Positions 9,385-16,953 of a stretch of DNA of 64,000 bases are shown one piece after another; position 1 is the stretch's first letter, and the number at the start of each line of letters is the position of its first letter. A program made the translations under genes and the position numbers. Location of the stretch: IMG/VR virus record IMGVR_UViG_3300020471_001437. One strand, given 5' to 3'. The stretch is from an uncultured virus (IMG/VR IMGVR_UViG_3300020471_001437). Taxonomy: Duplodnaviria > Heunggongvirae > Uroviricota > Caudoviricetes. The notes beneath the pieces were generated by a model. The model was not told where the DNA came from. It saw only the letters and a program-made list of their open reading frames with translations, and searched no databases.

Positions 9385-9789
9385 ATGTCTGATACAGACG
9401 ACATTGAGTACGTCATGGCACGTATCTCCGCAATGAGCGAAGCGAAGAAAGAACTTGACAGAGCCATCAAGGCCGACAAGAAGTACATTCGTGAAAAGAT
9501 GGGCGACAGAGAAGAACTCGTAACTGATTCTTTTACTGCGTCTACATTCTTGTTCAAGCGGAAGCAAGCCATGAAGTTAGATGAAATCCGGAAAGTTCTC
9601 GGTGACGAGGCGGCGGATTCTGTTACAAAGACCATAGAGGTCGAATATCTCAACATCAACCCCACAGAAGGAGAACTTGAGCCGTGGATATTGCAACCGG
9701 GAGAACTACTTCCGGAATGGGCAATGACGGCATACAAGATGCTTCATGGGAACTATCACCGAGAGGTGCTTGTTGATAACGACGCATAA
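9385..9789 (+). CDS. Hypothetical protein, paralog of 11402-11800
   Basis: Shared KAxKKxxRExxG...TxxFT pattern; start moved to the ATG after ACAG. Confidence 0.7.
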   Translation: MSDTDDIEYVMARISAMSEAKKELDRAIKADKKYIREKMGDREELVTDSFTASTFLFKRKQAMKLDEIRKVLGDEAADSVTKTIEVEYLNINPTEGELEPWILQPGELLPEWAMTAYKMLHGNYHREVLVDNDA

Positions 9790-9797
9790 GCGTCATA

Positions 9798-9841
9798 GAA
9801 CCGAACCATGGAAAGGATAATGCACGATGGGGGAACGGTTC
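9798..9841 (+). ncRNA. tigRNA-like stem-loop unit B7
   Basis: GAACC-GAACCA-[TGGAAAGGA]-TAATGCA-[CGATGGGGG]-AAC-GGTTC. Confidence 0.8.
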
Positions 9842-9845
9842 ACAG

Positions 9846-10322
9846 ATGCCTGACTTTAGAGAAGGGTTAGATGTAGGAAGAGAGGTAAGCAATGGTGAAA
9901 ACTTTGAGATGCCTCCTCATACATATACGAAGGACCAAGTTCTTCGAATATACGGAGACGCAAAAACCATGAAAGACATAGGCGAAGATGCCTACGATGG
10001 ATTTCTGAAATGGTTTCTTGACGAACTCGAACAAGAGAAGGATAAGCAACAACAACCCCTTTACAGACACGCAATCATCGCCATAGAAGGGCGACAATGG
10101 TGTGACTACGACGTTCAATACAGACAGAGTAAAATTACTGTCAATGAAGAGAACATCGAAGATGTAAAGAGAATATCAAAAGAACCTGTTGAAATAGGGG
10201 ACAAAATCCCTTCGATTCACTTCTACTTGTATACAGCAATACGTGTGAGAAACCCCACTTTCACAAGACTGTCGTTCTCGGCAGGAGAAGACATGTGGGA
10301 TGAACTCGCAGACTTGTTGTGA
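9846..10322 (+). CDS. Hypothetical protein
   Basis: ORF starting at a junction motif. Confidence 0.7.
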   Translation: MPDFREGLDVGREVSNGENFEMPPHTYTKDQVLRIYGDAKTMKDIGEDAYDGFLKWFLDELEQEKDKQQQPLYRHAIIAIEGRQWCDYDVQYRQSKITVNEENIEDVKRISKEPVEIGDKIPSIHFYLYTAIRVRNPTFTRLSFSAGEDMWDELADLL

Positions 10323-10339
10323 CCGGTCGTAAGACCATA

Positions 10340-10381
10340 GAGCAAAACATTTGTTGAGTATTACATTAATCCCGAATGCTC
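10340..10381 (+). ncRNA. tigRNA-like stem-loop unit A4
   Basis: GAGCA-AAACA-[TTTGTTGAG]-TATTACA-[TTAATCCCG]-AA-TGCTC. Confidence 0.8.
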
Positions 10382-10384
10382 ATA

Positions 10385-10428
10385 GAACCAAATCAAGCGT
10401 ACTGAATTGCAAGGGTTACGTAAGGTTC
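10385..10428 (+). ncRNA. tigRNA-like stem-loop unit B8
   Basis: GAACC-AAATCA-[AGCGTACTG]-AATTGCA-[AGGGTTACG]-TAA-GGTTC. Confidence 0.8.
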
Positions 10429-10432
10429 GTAG

Positions 10433-11299
10433 ATGAAAAATAGGAGAAAACCCTATCTCCCGTATGGTAACATCGGAAAGAAGTTACCAATACTGCGGGA
10501 TTTCGACGACGCTTTCGCCTATTGGGAACAGCGTCGATTCAAGAAAAACAATTACCGGACTTTGCCTTATGCACAAGGTAGATACCGGATTCAATTGAAA
10601 GAAAAAAGAGACCGACTTTACAGTTGGTCACATCAAGAGATGCACATTGTAGACATGGACAGTGGAAATTTTGGGTGGTCTATGTTCAATGAAAATTCTA
10701 TTGTGATTTTCTACAAAACCAAGGAAGGAGAAAAGTACTTCTCTGTTGCTGGATTTGATGGGAGAAATAGACAAACAAGAAGAGGTTACTACCCGATTTA
10801 CCGCAAATGCGGTATCAGTGTTCAATGGGACCCTGTTTTGAGACAGGCGTTCATTAGACAGTTGACGGGAGTCGAAGACACAGAGCCGAGTTTAGGTTAT
10901 GTGGCCGACCACACAACAGTAATCTCTCATAAATACGAACCGAAAGACAAAGAGCAAGCGGAACTGATAGCCAAGTTGCAGAAGCAAAAGGCGTTTAGGT
11001 CTGAATTGCGAAGAATACATCGTTCGTACAATATGGAAAAAGAACATGCAAAGCGAACTCTGAATAGTGTTCGGGAGAAACTGAAGAGAGACATAAAGAG
11101 ACTTGAAAGTGACTACCGAACTTTGGAAAGAGATGCTACGATGAAACACAACCTCGCGCTCGCAAAAATGGCTGACGAAGTCAATGAATTGAAGAGCGAA
11201 AGGGATGCGTTATACGCACGTGTGAAATATCTTGAAGATTTGGGCAAGAAGGCTGACGCTGATGGCGAGAAGTTTTCTGATGTCCTAAACCGTCTCTAA
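10433..11299 (+). CDS. Coiled-coil protein, paralog of 8021-9070
   Basis: Similar N-terminus (DFDDAFAY vs DYDGALDY) and C-terminus VLNRL. Confidence 0.75.
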   Translation: MKNRRKPYLPYGNIGKKLPILRDFDDAFAYWEQRRFKKNNYRTLPYAQGRYRIQLKEKRDRLYSWSHQEMHIVDMDSGNFGWSMFNENSIVIFYKTKEGEKYFSVAGFDGRNRQTRRGYYPIYRKCGISVQWDPVLRQAFIRQLTGVEDTEPSLGYVADHTTVISHKYEPKDKEQAELIAKLQKQKAFRSELRRIHRSYNMEKEHAKRTLNSVREKLKRDIKRLESDYRTLERDATMKHNLALAKMADEVNELKSERDALYARVKYLEDLGKKADADGEKFSDVLNRL

Positions 11300-11308
11300 G
11301 GAGACATA

Positions 11309-11350
11309 GAGCAAAACAAATCATAAGAATTACACCATAGATGAATGCTC
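11309..11350 (+). ncRNA. tigRNA-like stem-loop unit A5
   Basis: GAGCA-AAACA-[AATCATAAG]-AATTACA-[CCATAGATG]-AA-TGCTC. Confidence 0.8.
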
Positions 11351-11353
11351 ATA

Positions 11354-11397
11354 GAACCGAACCATTTCCTGTGTATTCCACTCTACGTGAACGGTTC
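11354..11397 (+). ncRNA. tigRNA-like stem-loop unit B9
   Basis: GAACC-GAACCA-[TTTCCTGTG]-TATTCCA-[CTCTACGTG]-AAC-GGTTC. Confidence 0.8.
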
Positions 11398-11401
11398 ACA
11401 G

Positions 11402-11800
11402 ATGTTGTTGGAAAACGACGAAGAAGTTGCGCTAAACAATTTGGCACAACGATTCCTTGACGAGAAAGAGCGATTCAAGGAGGTAGAGGCACAAGTGAAA
11501 GCACTCAAGAAAGAACTGCGTGAATCTGTTGGTTCAGGCAAGATTATTGAGACAAGCAAATTCACACTTGAAATCAGAGAGATTGAAGCCAACCGTATGA
11601 TGCCAAAGGATGATTTCATCCACAAGCATTCTCCCATCAGGGAAGACGAACAAGGAAACGTAATGGTAAACTCAAAAGGAGTACCACTACGCGACTTATC
11701 GGTAGGTACGAAAATCTACGACGACCACTTAGTGGCCTCTACACAACAGCGTTTCTATGTGAAGCGCAAGGACAAAACACAGACTTCGAAAGAAGAATGA
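11402..11800 (+). CDS. Hypothetical protein, paralog of 9385-9789
   Basis: Start moved to the ATG after ACAG; similar to 9385-9789. Confidence 0.7.
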   Translation: MLLENDEEVALNNLAQRFLDEKERFKEVEAQVKALKKELRESVGSGKIIETSKFTLEIREIEANRMMPKDDFIHKHSPIREDEQGNVMVNSKGVPLRDLSVGTKIYDDHLVASTQQRFYVKRKDKTQTSKEE

Positions 11801-11817
11801 CGGCCTTACGGCCATAG

Positions 11818-12225
11818 ATGTTTAACGAAAACACCACTGACGAAGATGTCAAACTTATGTCCCGCATGATTGCGGGAGCATTAAGGAATCAAATCTTCGA
11901 GCCAATCCATCAGCACATTAGTGATGATGAAATGGGTCCAATACAAGACCGTATGAGGGGATGTATCTACGAAATACTGAATGGTATTCGTATAACACAT
12001 GAACCTCGGGTCGGGCTGGACCTATACCGAGAACACCTTGCCAAGTTGGAACTATACCCAATCGACACTACTGAATTTGAAGTAGAGGCGACAAGAAGAA
12101 CAATACAAGGCGAGACTTGGTCCCCCCCGACTAAGGGAAGACAATTAGAAGAATGGGAGATGGCGAGGGCACGACGAGAGAAAGCATTTTCTCGCCGAGG
12201 TCCTTTCTCCTGTGAAGAAGAATGA
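11818..12225 (+). CDS. Hypothetical protein
   Basis: ORF bounded by identical junction hairpins. Confidence 0.65.
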   Translation: MFNENTTDEDVKLMSRMIAGALRNQIFEPIHQHISDDEMGPIQDRMRGCIYEILNGIRITHEPRVGLDLYREHLAKLELYPIDTTEFEVEATRRTIQGETWSPPTKGRQLEEWEMARARREKAFSRRGPFSCEEE

Positions 12226-12257
12226 CGGCCTTACGGCCATAGTAGCGATTGGTCACA

Positions 12258-12301
12258 GAATCGAAACAAAATGTTGACTTTGCAAAAAACATGTAAGATT
12301 C
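12258..12301 (+). ncRNA. tigRNA-like stem-loop unit C1 (variant stem)
   Basis: GAATC-GAAACA-[AAATGTTGA]-CTTTGCA-[AAAAACATG]-TAA-GATTC; GAATC/GATTC is a compensatory change relative to GAACC/GGTTC. Confidence 0.75.
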
Positions 12302-12306
12302 ATTGA

Positions 12307-12353
12307 GAGAGAGAAGTAGACAGAAATGTCCGCTTCTCTCTCATTTTTTTTTT
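12307..12353 (+). terminator. Hairpin plus T10 terminator closing the early cluster
   Basis: GAGAGAGAAG..GACA-GAAA-TGTC..CTTCTCTCTC followed by 10 T, at the convergence with the replication operon. Confidence 0.8.
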
Positions 12354-12356
12354 GGA

Positions 12357-13709
12357 CTATTCAGCGGCGACGTCGGCTTCTTCGGGAGTCGATGTCGTCG
12401 CTTTTTCTTTTTTGGCGTCTTCGGCGGCAAGGTCCGAGCATAGAATCGAGTATGCTTCGTAGCGGGGTACAGTGTAGTCTCCGGGGACTACGTGTCTGTC
12501 CAACGGGTAGACGTAAACTTCGTTCTTCACGGAAACATCTACCAAGTCCTTACCAAGACTCTCTCGAATGTGCTCAAACAACTTGTCTACGTTGTCAAGC
12601 ATTTCGTACGTGATTTCGATACACGGAAGGCCCGATGTGGTGTGTAGTGAACCAACTGCTCTCAATTGTCTCTTCAAGTCCTTGGTGATTTGGTCAGCCT
12701 CTACACCCTTGCGTAATTGTGTCTGTTGCACCACCATGCGAATCAGGTGTTGAATAGCCGCGTTCTTCATTCCGCTTGACTTGGCCCAATGTGTTAGACG
12801 CCAATCCTTGGATAGATTGCGTAGAACGTGTTGGTTCAGCAAGAAGTTGTGAATCTGTAACAACGTCGGTTCCTTGATGTTCTCTTTCACGTCAGATACG
12901 AACTTCGGACGCTTGAACATAGAGTGATTGATGGATTGCTTGATTGGAATCCAAGACCGTAGAAGGTTAAGTCTGTCTTCTTCGGTTAGGTGCTCTTGGT
13001 GGTATTCGTCTACTAACTCGATGAATGTGTCAGTGAAGTGACCGCCCCAACCGGGGACGCCTTTCGGGTACAGACGGTATTCGTACTGCCCGCGAGGGTT
13101 AGACCATACCTTCTTGCTGTTTGATACATCTATGAAACCACTCAAGTGGACTTCATCGCCCCGTACATAGTTCTCTATGTTGGTTCTCTCTTCTGCCCCC
13201 ATTGTGATGAGGTTTTCGTCGTCGATTACCATGTGGTACCCACGGTTGCCCGAGAAGCGGATAGAAATCGCTTCGGAGTCGATACCAAGGTCCTTGGTCA
13301 AGAATCTGTGAAGTCGCTTTGCGTTGGCACTTGCCTGTTCGAGACCATTACGGTAAGAGGTGATATTCGGAAGGTGGTCGTAGTCAATATCGAATCCAAT
13401 GTCGATGCTTTCGAAGCCTTTGTCTTCCATGACCCATGTCTTGTGAACATCGGGGTCAATCTTCTTTGTTGCAAATGGTTCCCTGCGAGCAGGGTCAAAG
13501 TAACGGGCAAGACTGTGATAGAAGACCCGTGGTGGTTTCTCGTTGATGTATTCCTTTAGGTCGTCCATACTGCCGAAACCATGGTGTCGGTTTGTCTTGT
13601 CGAAACAGAACTCTCTCCGTTGTAGTGAACTGATTTTCAGTTCAGTGCGCGAGTAGAAGTCACGAATGACTTCGTCAAAGTCATCAATCGACAATGGCAT
13701 CGGGCTCAC
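12357..13709 (-). CDS. priS: Archaeal-type DNA primase small subunit
   Basis: RREFCF, FYHSLARYFDP, GFDIDYDHL, FSGNRGYH, DQITKDLKRQLRAVGSLH. Confidence 0.9.
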   Translation of the reverse strand: MSPMPLSIDDFDEVIRDFYSRTELKISSLQRREFCFDKTNRHHGFGSMDDLKEYINEKPPRVFYHSLARYFDPARREPFATKKIDPDVHKTWVMEDKGFESIDIGFDIDYDHLPNITSYRNGLEQASANAKRLHRFLTKDLGIDSEAISIRFSGNRGYHMVIDDENLITMGAEERTNIENYVRGDEVHLSGFIDVSNSKKVWSNPRGQYEYRLYPKGVPGWGGHFTDTFIELVDEYHQEHLTEEDRLNLLRSWIPIKQSINHSMFKRPKFVSDVKENIKEPTLLQIHNFLLNQHVLRNLSKDWRLTHWAKSSGMKNAAIQHLIRMVVQQTQLRKGVEADQITKDLKRQLRAVGSLHTTSGLPCIEITYEMLDNVDKLFEHIRESLGKDLVDVSVKNEVYVYPLDRHVVPGDYTVPRYEAYSILCSDLAAEDAKKEKATTSTPEEADVAAE

Positions 13710-14488
13710 TCCGAAGCGTAAGCGGTGGCCACTGTCAAGACGGACAGAACGTCTACTGCAAGACTCTTCGTCATGTTACCGTAGCCGATACGTGCAAGAC
13801 CGGTGCCATCAGGTGAACCTGAAAGGTTCTCTTTGGTCACGTCGACGTTCTTGTCGTTCAGCCACTTCACTGCGTCGTCCACGGTGTAGCCGTCGTCAAG
13901 GACTTCTCTTAGCATGGTCTTGATTGAAGACCATTGTTCGTCAGTCGCCTTGTTACCGGTTGGTGCCTTGGATGGCGTTACTACGGATTTAGACGGTATA
14001 GATGCGTCATTGTTCGGGTCGTCTCTTGGGTCTACACCAAGGTCGCCTTCAATGTCGTCACTGCTGGCGACGAAAATCGGTTGTAGTTCCTTGTATGTGT
14101 TCCCTGTGTGTTGTGATGTTCGTTCTACTATCTTGAACTTGAACTCGATTGGGTAGTGGTGACCTGCTTCTTTTGCTTTGTCAAGCATAATTGATAGTCG
14201 GTCTCGGAAGATGCTGTTGCGTCCTGAAGCGGATGTAGAAGAGAACCACCAATCCATGCGGTGTCCATTCTCAAGGTTCACGATGTTTACTGCAACTGAA
14301 GGTTGCCATGTGGGGTTCTTTGATGGTACTTCCCACGATGGTTCTCTCAAAATTGCGAGTCGGTCGTAGACCTCTCCCACTTCAGGCTTGAACTTGTCGT
14401 TGTTACCACCGCGTGCGGGGGTTACGATTGCTCTTCCTGTGCTGTTCCATTCGGCGTCAAATTCGGCGTGCTTGTCTGCTTTACTCAT
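13706..14488 (-). CDS. Replication-operon protein (possible ssDNA-binding)
   Basis: Lies between MCM and PriS with a GGAGG RBS and a beta-rich N-domain; function inferred from context only. Confidence 0.6.
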   Translation of the reverse strand: MSKADKHAEFDAEWNSTGRAIVTPARGGNNDKFKPEVGEVYDRLAILREPSWEVPSKNPTWQPSVAVNIVNLENGHRMDWWFSSTSASGRNSIFRDRLSIMLDKAKEAGHHYPIEFKFKIVERTSQHTGNTYKELQPIFVASSDDIEGDLGVDPRDDPNNDASIPSKSVVTPSKAPTGNKATDEQWSSIKTMLREVLDDGYTVDDAVKWLNDKNVDVTKENLSGSPDGTGLARIGYGNMTKSLAVDVLSVLTVATAYASE

Positions 14489-14549
14489 ATTGGATTCCTC
14501 CTTCGTTTAGGTGAAGTATAGGTCGTCTATAACCATTGCGGCTTATTAC

Positions 14550-16952
14550 CTATCTTCCCTTGATTCCCATCATTTTTCCACGCTTCTCAATCTTGTTTTG
14601 CTTGACCAAAACATCGCACATTGTGTCGAACATTCTCTTGTCCGGACAGGGGTGTTCAGCAGGGTCAAGGTTCCAATTCTTGGCGACATAGTCAAAGGCA
14701 TCATCCTTCGTACCAAAGTCTTGCGTGAGTAGTTCGTAGTCGTCCCAATCAATCAAGCAACGTAACAGTTCTTCATACACAACGGTCTGTGTAGAGGACA
14801 ACATGCTACCTCCTTCGTTGACCATGTTAGGTTCCTTTGTGGTTAGCGATTCTGCGAGTATACTGTAAGCGAAGTCAACGTGTTTTGGCTCAACGACTGA
14901 TGACAGGTCAATGCGAGCGACAGCGTTAGACATTCTTACGAGAGAAGCCATCCATCTTTTGCTCACTGTCGCACCACCAACGCTGTTTTGACGGGCTCTT
15001 ACGCCTATCTTTACGGCATGATTCTTCGACGCAGTTGGCCACACTTCTTCGGTGGCCTCTACTTGGCGGGCTAACTGCAAAAACTTGCGGTAGCCTTCAG
15101 GAATCGGGAATGATTCGTTCGGGTCTTGATTCGACCTGTTCATAGAACCAACCATGCCGGTGAAAATTGCTTCGTCTTGGCTTTCGTCGACCCTGTCAAA
15201 GAATGGGAAGATTAGGTCAAACCGTGTAGTGAAGTTGTTCGGTAGCCCTGCTTGCTCAAGGAAGGGTTCTCCACTATCCATGTCGAAACGGGTGTTGTCT
15301 CCTTTCCTTGGGTTTGCACACCCGAGTACGGGTGTTGGTGTGCGAATCGTTCCGCGCATTTGCATTTCTACGTGGACTATTCCTGATTCAAGGGCATCAT
15401 TCAGGTATTGGAATGTCTTGTCGTCGCCAAGGGCGTGGAGTTCGTCGATACCAGCAATTGCACCTTCGGGTATCAATGCAAGAAGACCCGGAGACAATGT
15501 CGTCTGCGAACTTCCAAGCAATCGCTGATTCTCTGATTTTCCACCAATGAGACCTCTGATAGACGAACGTGGTCCGCTTGCAATCTTAGAACCGGGGTGT
15601 GGGACGCTTGTAGCGAACTTGAGCAATTCTGTCTTCGCGGTTCCGGGGTCCCCGATGAATAGTACATGTATGAAAGGACGCTTGCCGTCCGGTAGATTTC
15701 TGTAAGAACCGACAGATTGTATGACCAATGCAGTCTTCTCTACACTGTGTCCGATGACGTGTGTTGCTGTTGCGTTGACAAGCATTTCCATTACTTTCTC
15801 GAAACCGTGTTCTTCTTTCCAAGCACGTAGCATTACTTCCTCGGGTTCTGTTACTACGACAACGGAGTCCTGTGAAGTTCGTGTAAGGTCTGTTCCGTAG
15901 AGCAGTGGTAGTCTTTCGGCTTTGGAACCGTTCTTGTCTTCGATAGTTCGGAAGATTCCTGTAATTGCAACGTCTTCGCCTTGGTTCATCGAGTGAACGT
16001 GAGTACCACGAACCTCTACGAGTAATTGTGGTGGGGTTGTCATTTGTGTATCTGTTTGGCGCATCATCAGTCGTTGGTATGTGATGAAGGTAGTGTTGGG
16101 TGCGCCGTCTTGGATGAATTCCGCTTTATGAGAAGATTCTGCGCTACCCCATCCACAGTATTCACATTCGCGAGGTTTGCTTTCAGTGTACTCAAAGGGG
16201 TCGACGACCCGTGGCGTAATGCAACCGCATGTTGGGTTTTGACATTTCCATGCGATTCTGATTGCTCTTTTTCGTGCGTCTCCCATCTCGAGCACCTGTC
16301 CGGTGACGGTGGTAAGGTGTCCATCGTGTCTTTGCGAACAAAGAATGTCGTTGATAGACAGTGAATCTTCTACCCCACTGATTCGTATTTCGGGTGGAAT
16401 GAAGGCTTCTCCTTCTAAACGAATTGCCATGTCGGGATTGATTAGTGGTCCAAAGGTTCTCCACATATCGTACTTGATGCTGTCGAGAACAATCTCGGGG
16501 TAGTATTGGACACATAGGGCAAGGTCCCTGTAAGATTGGTGGAACGCTTGATAGTTGTCGAATATGATTGTCACGTTAGGGACAACGCTGATTTGGATTG
16601 AACAAGGCGCAGGGAAGTTCAATGTTTGATTACTGTTGACGGGTGGTAGATGTATGGCACGTTCCAATACGTGAGAATCCATGCGTATTGCCTCTATTCC
16701 GGTTTGCGTGAATTGTGCATTGAAAGACAATGCTGATTCTGCTCGCGCCAAACTGATGTCTTCGACTGATGTGTAAGTCTCAATCGCTTCGTTTGCACGG
16801 TCGTCTACTACGCTTGCGTCAATCCCATACTGTTCGAGGTAACCCGAATGGTATGCCATGAACGCTGTTAGGGCGCGGGTGACCCGAGTCTTTCTGTTCA
16901 GTTGACTCAATTCTGCGTGGTTGCCTTCTCCTTGTTGAAACCCAAATGTCAT
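14550..16952 (-). CDS. mcm: MCM replicative helicase
   Basis: Zn finger CQNPTC...CEYC, IHVLFIGDPGTAKT (Walker A), GIDE (Walker B), GCANP, TRFDLIF. Confidence 0.93.
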   Translation of the reverse strand: MTFGFQQGEGNHAELSQLNRKTRVTRALTAFMAYHSGYLEQYGIDASVVDDRANEAIETYTSVEDISLARAESALSFNAQFTQTGIEAIRMDSHVLERAIHLPPVNSNQTLNFPAPCSIQISVVPNVTIIFDNYQAFHQSYRDLALCVQYYPEIVLDSIKYDMWRTFGPLINPDMAIRLEGEAFIPPEIRISGVEDSLSINDILCSQRHDGHLTTVTGQVLEMGDARKRAIRIAWKCQNPTCGCITPRVVDPFEYTESKPRECEYCGWGSAESSHKAEFIQDGAPNTTFITYQRLMMRQTDTQMTTPPQLLVEVRGTHVHSMNQGEDVAITGIFRTIEDKNGSKAERLPLLYGTDLTRTSQDSVVVVTEPEEVMLRAWKEEHGFEKVMEMLVNATATHVIGHSVEKTALVIQSVGSYRNLPDGKRPFIHVLFIGDPGTAKTELLKFATSVPHPGSKIASGPRSSIRGLIGGKSENQRLLGSSQTTLSPGLLALIPEGAIAGIDELHALGDDKTFQYLNDALESGIVHVEMQMRGTIRTPTPVLGCANPRKGDNTRFDMDSGEPFLEQAGLPNNFTTRFDLIFPFFDRVDESQDEAIFTGMVGSMNRSNQDPNESFPIPEGYRKFLQLARQVEATEEVWPTASKNHAVKIGVRARQNSVGGATVSKRWMASLVRMSNAVARIDLSSVVEPKHVDFAYSILAESLTTKEPNMVNEGGSMLSSTQTVVYEELLRCLIDWDDYELLTQDFGTKDDAFDYVAKNWNLDPAEHPCPDKRMFDTMCDVLVKQNKIEKRGKMMGIKGR

Positions 16953-16953
16953 C

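Larger units (their letters stand above)
802..12258 (+). repeat. Dispersed junction motif: short G...C-closed hairpin followed by RYAG (ATAG/ACAG/GTAG), about 36 copies
   Basis: Examples: GACAC-atct-GTGTC-ATAG 1690-1707; GCCC-cctac-GGGC-ATAG-ATG 3052-3071; GACGC-atag-GCGTC-ATAG-ATG 3716-3736; GACGC-atga-GCGTC-ATAG-ATG 4343-4363; GGTGA-gaaa-TCACC-ATAG 5759-5776; GGCC-gaaa-GGCC-ATAG 7228-7243; GTCTC-taaa-GAGAC-ATAG-ATG 9063-9083; GGTC-gtaa-GACC-ATAG 10325-10340. Confidence 0.92.

Noticed and set aside
2087..11401. ORF-track starts at 2087, 6786, 9328 and 11345
   Set aside because: These extensions read through the guide units (yielding the GSQM artefact); the ATG after ACAG is more consistent.
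802..12242. Junction hairpins as intrinsic terminators
   Set aside because: Stems are 4-6 bp with no T-run and are followed by RYAG and ATG. A convincing terminator appears only at 12307-12353.
802..12258. Classical integron attC sites
   Set aside because: No GTTRRRY/RYYYAAC cores and no tyrosine integrase in the window; the hairpins are too short. Only the cassette-like analogy is kept.
2054..12301. CRISPR array
   Set aside because: Variable parts are 9+9 nt inside a stem-loop, the units are dispersed, and no cas genes were recognised.
14550..16952. Intein in MCM
   Set aside because: No splice-junction or LAGLIDADG motifs seen; the ATPase motifs are contiguous.
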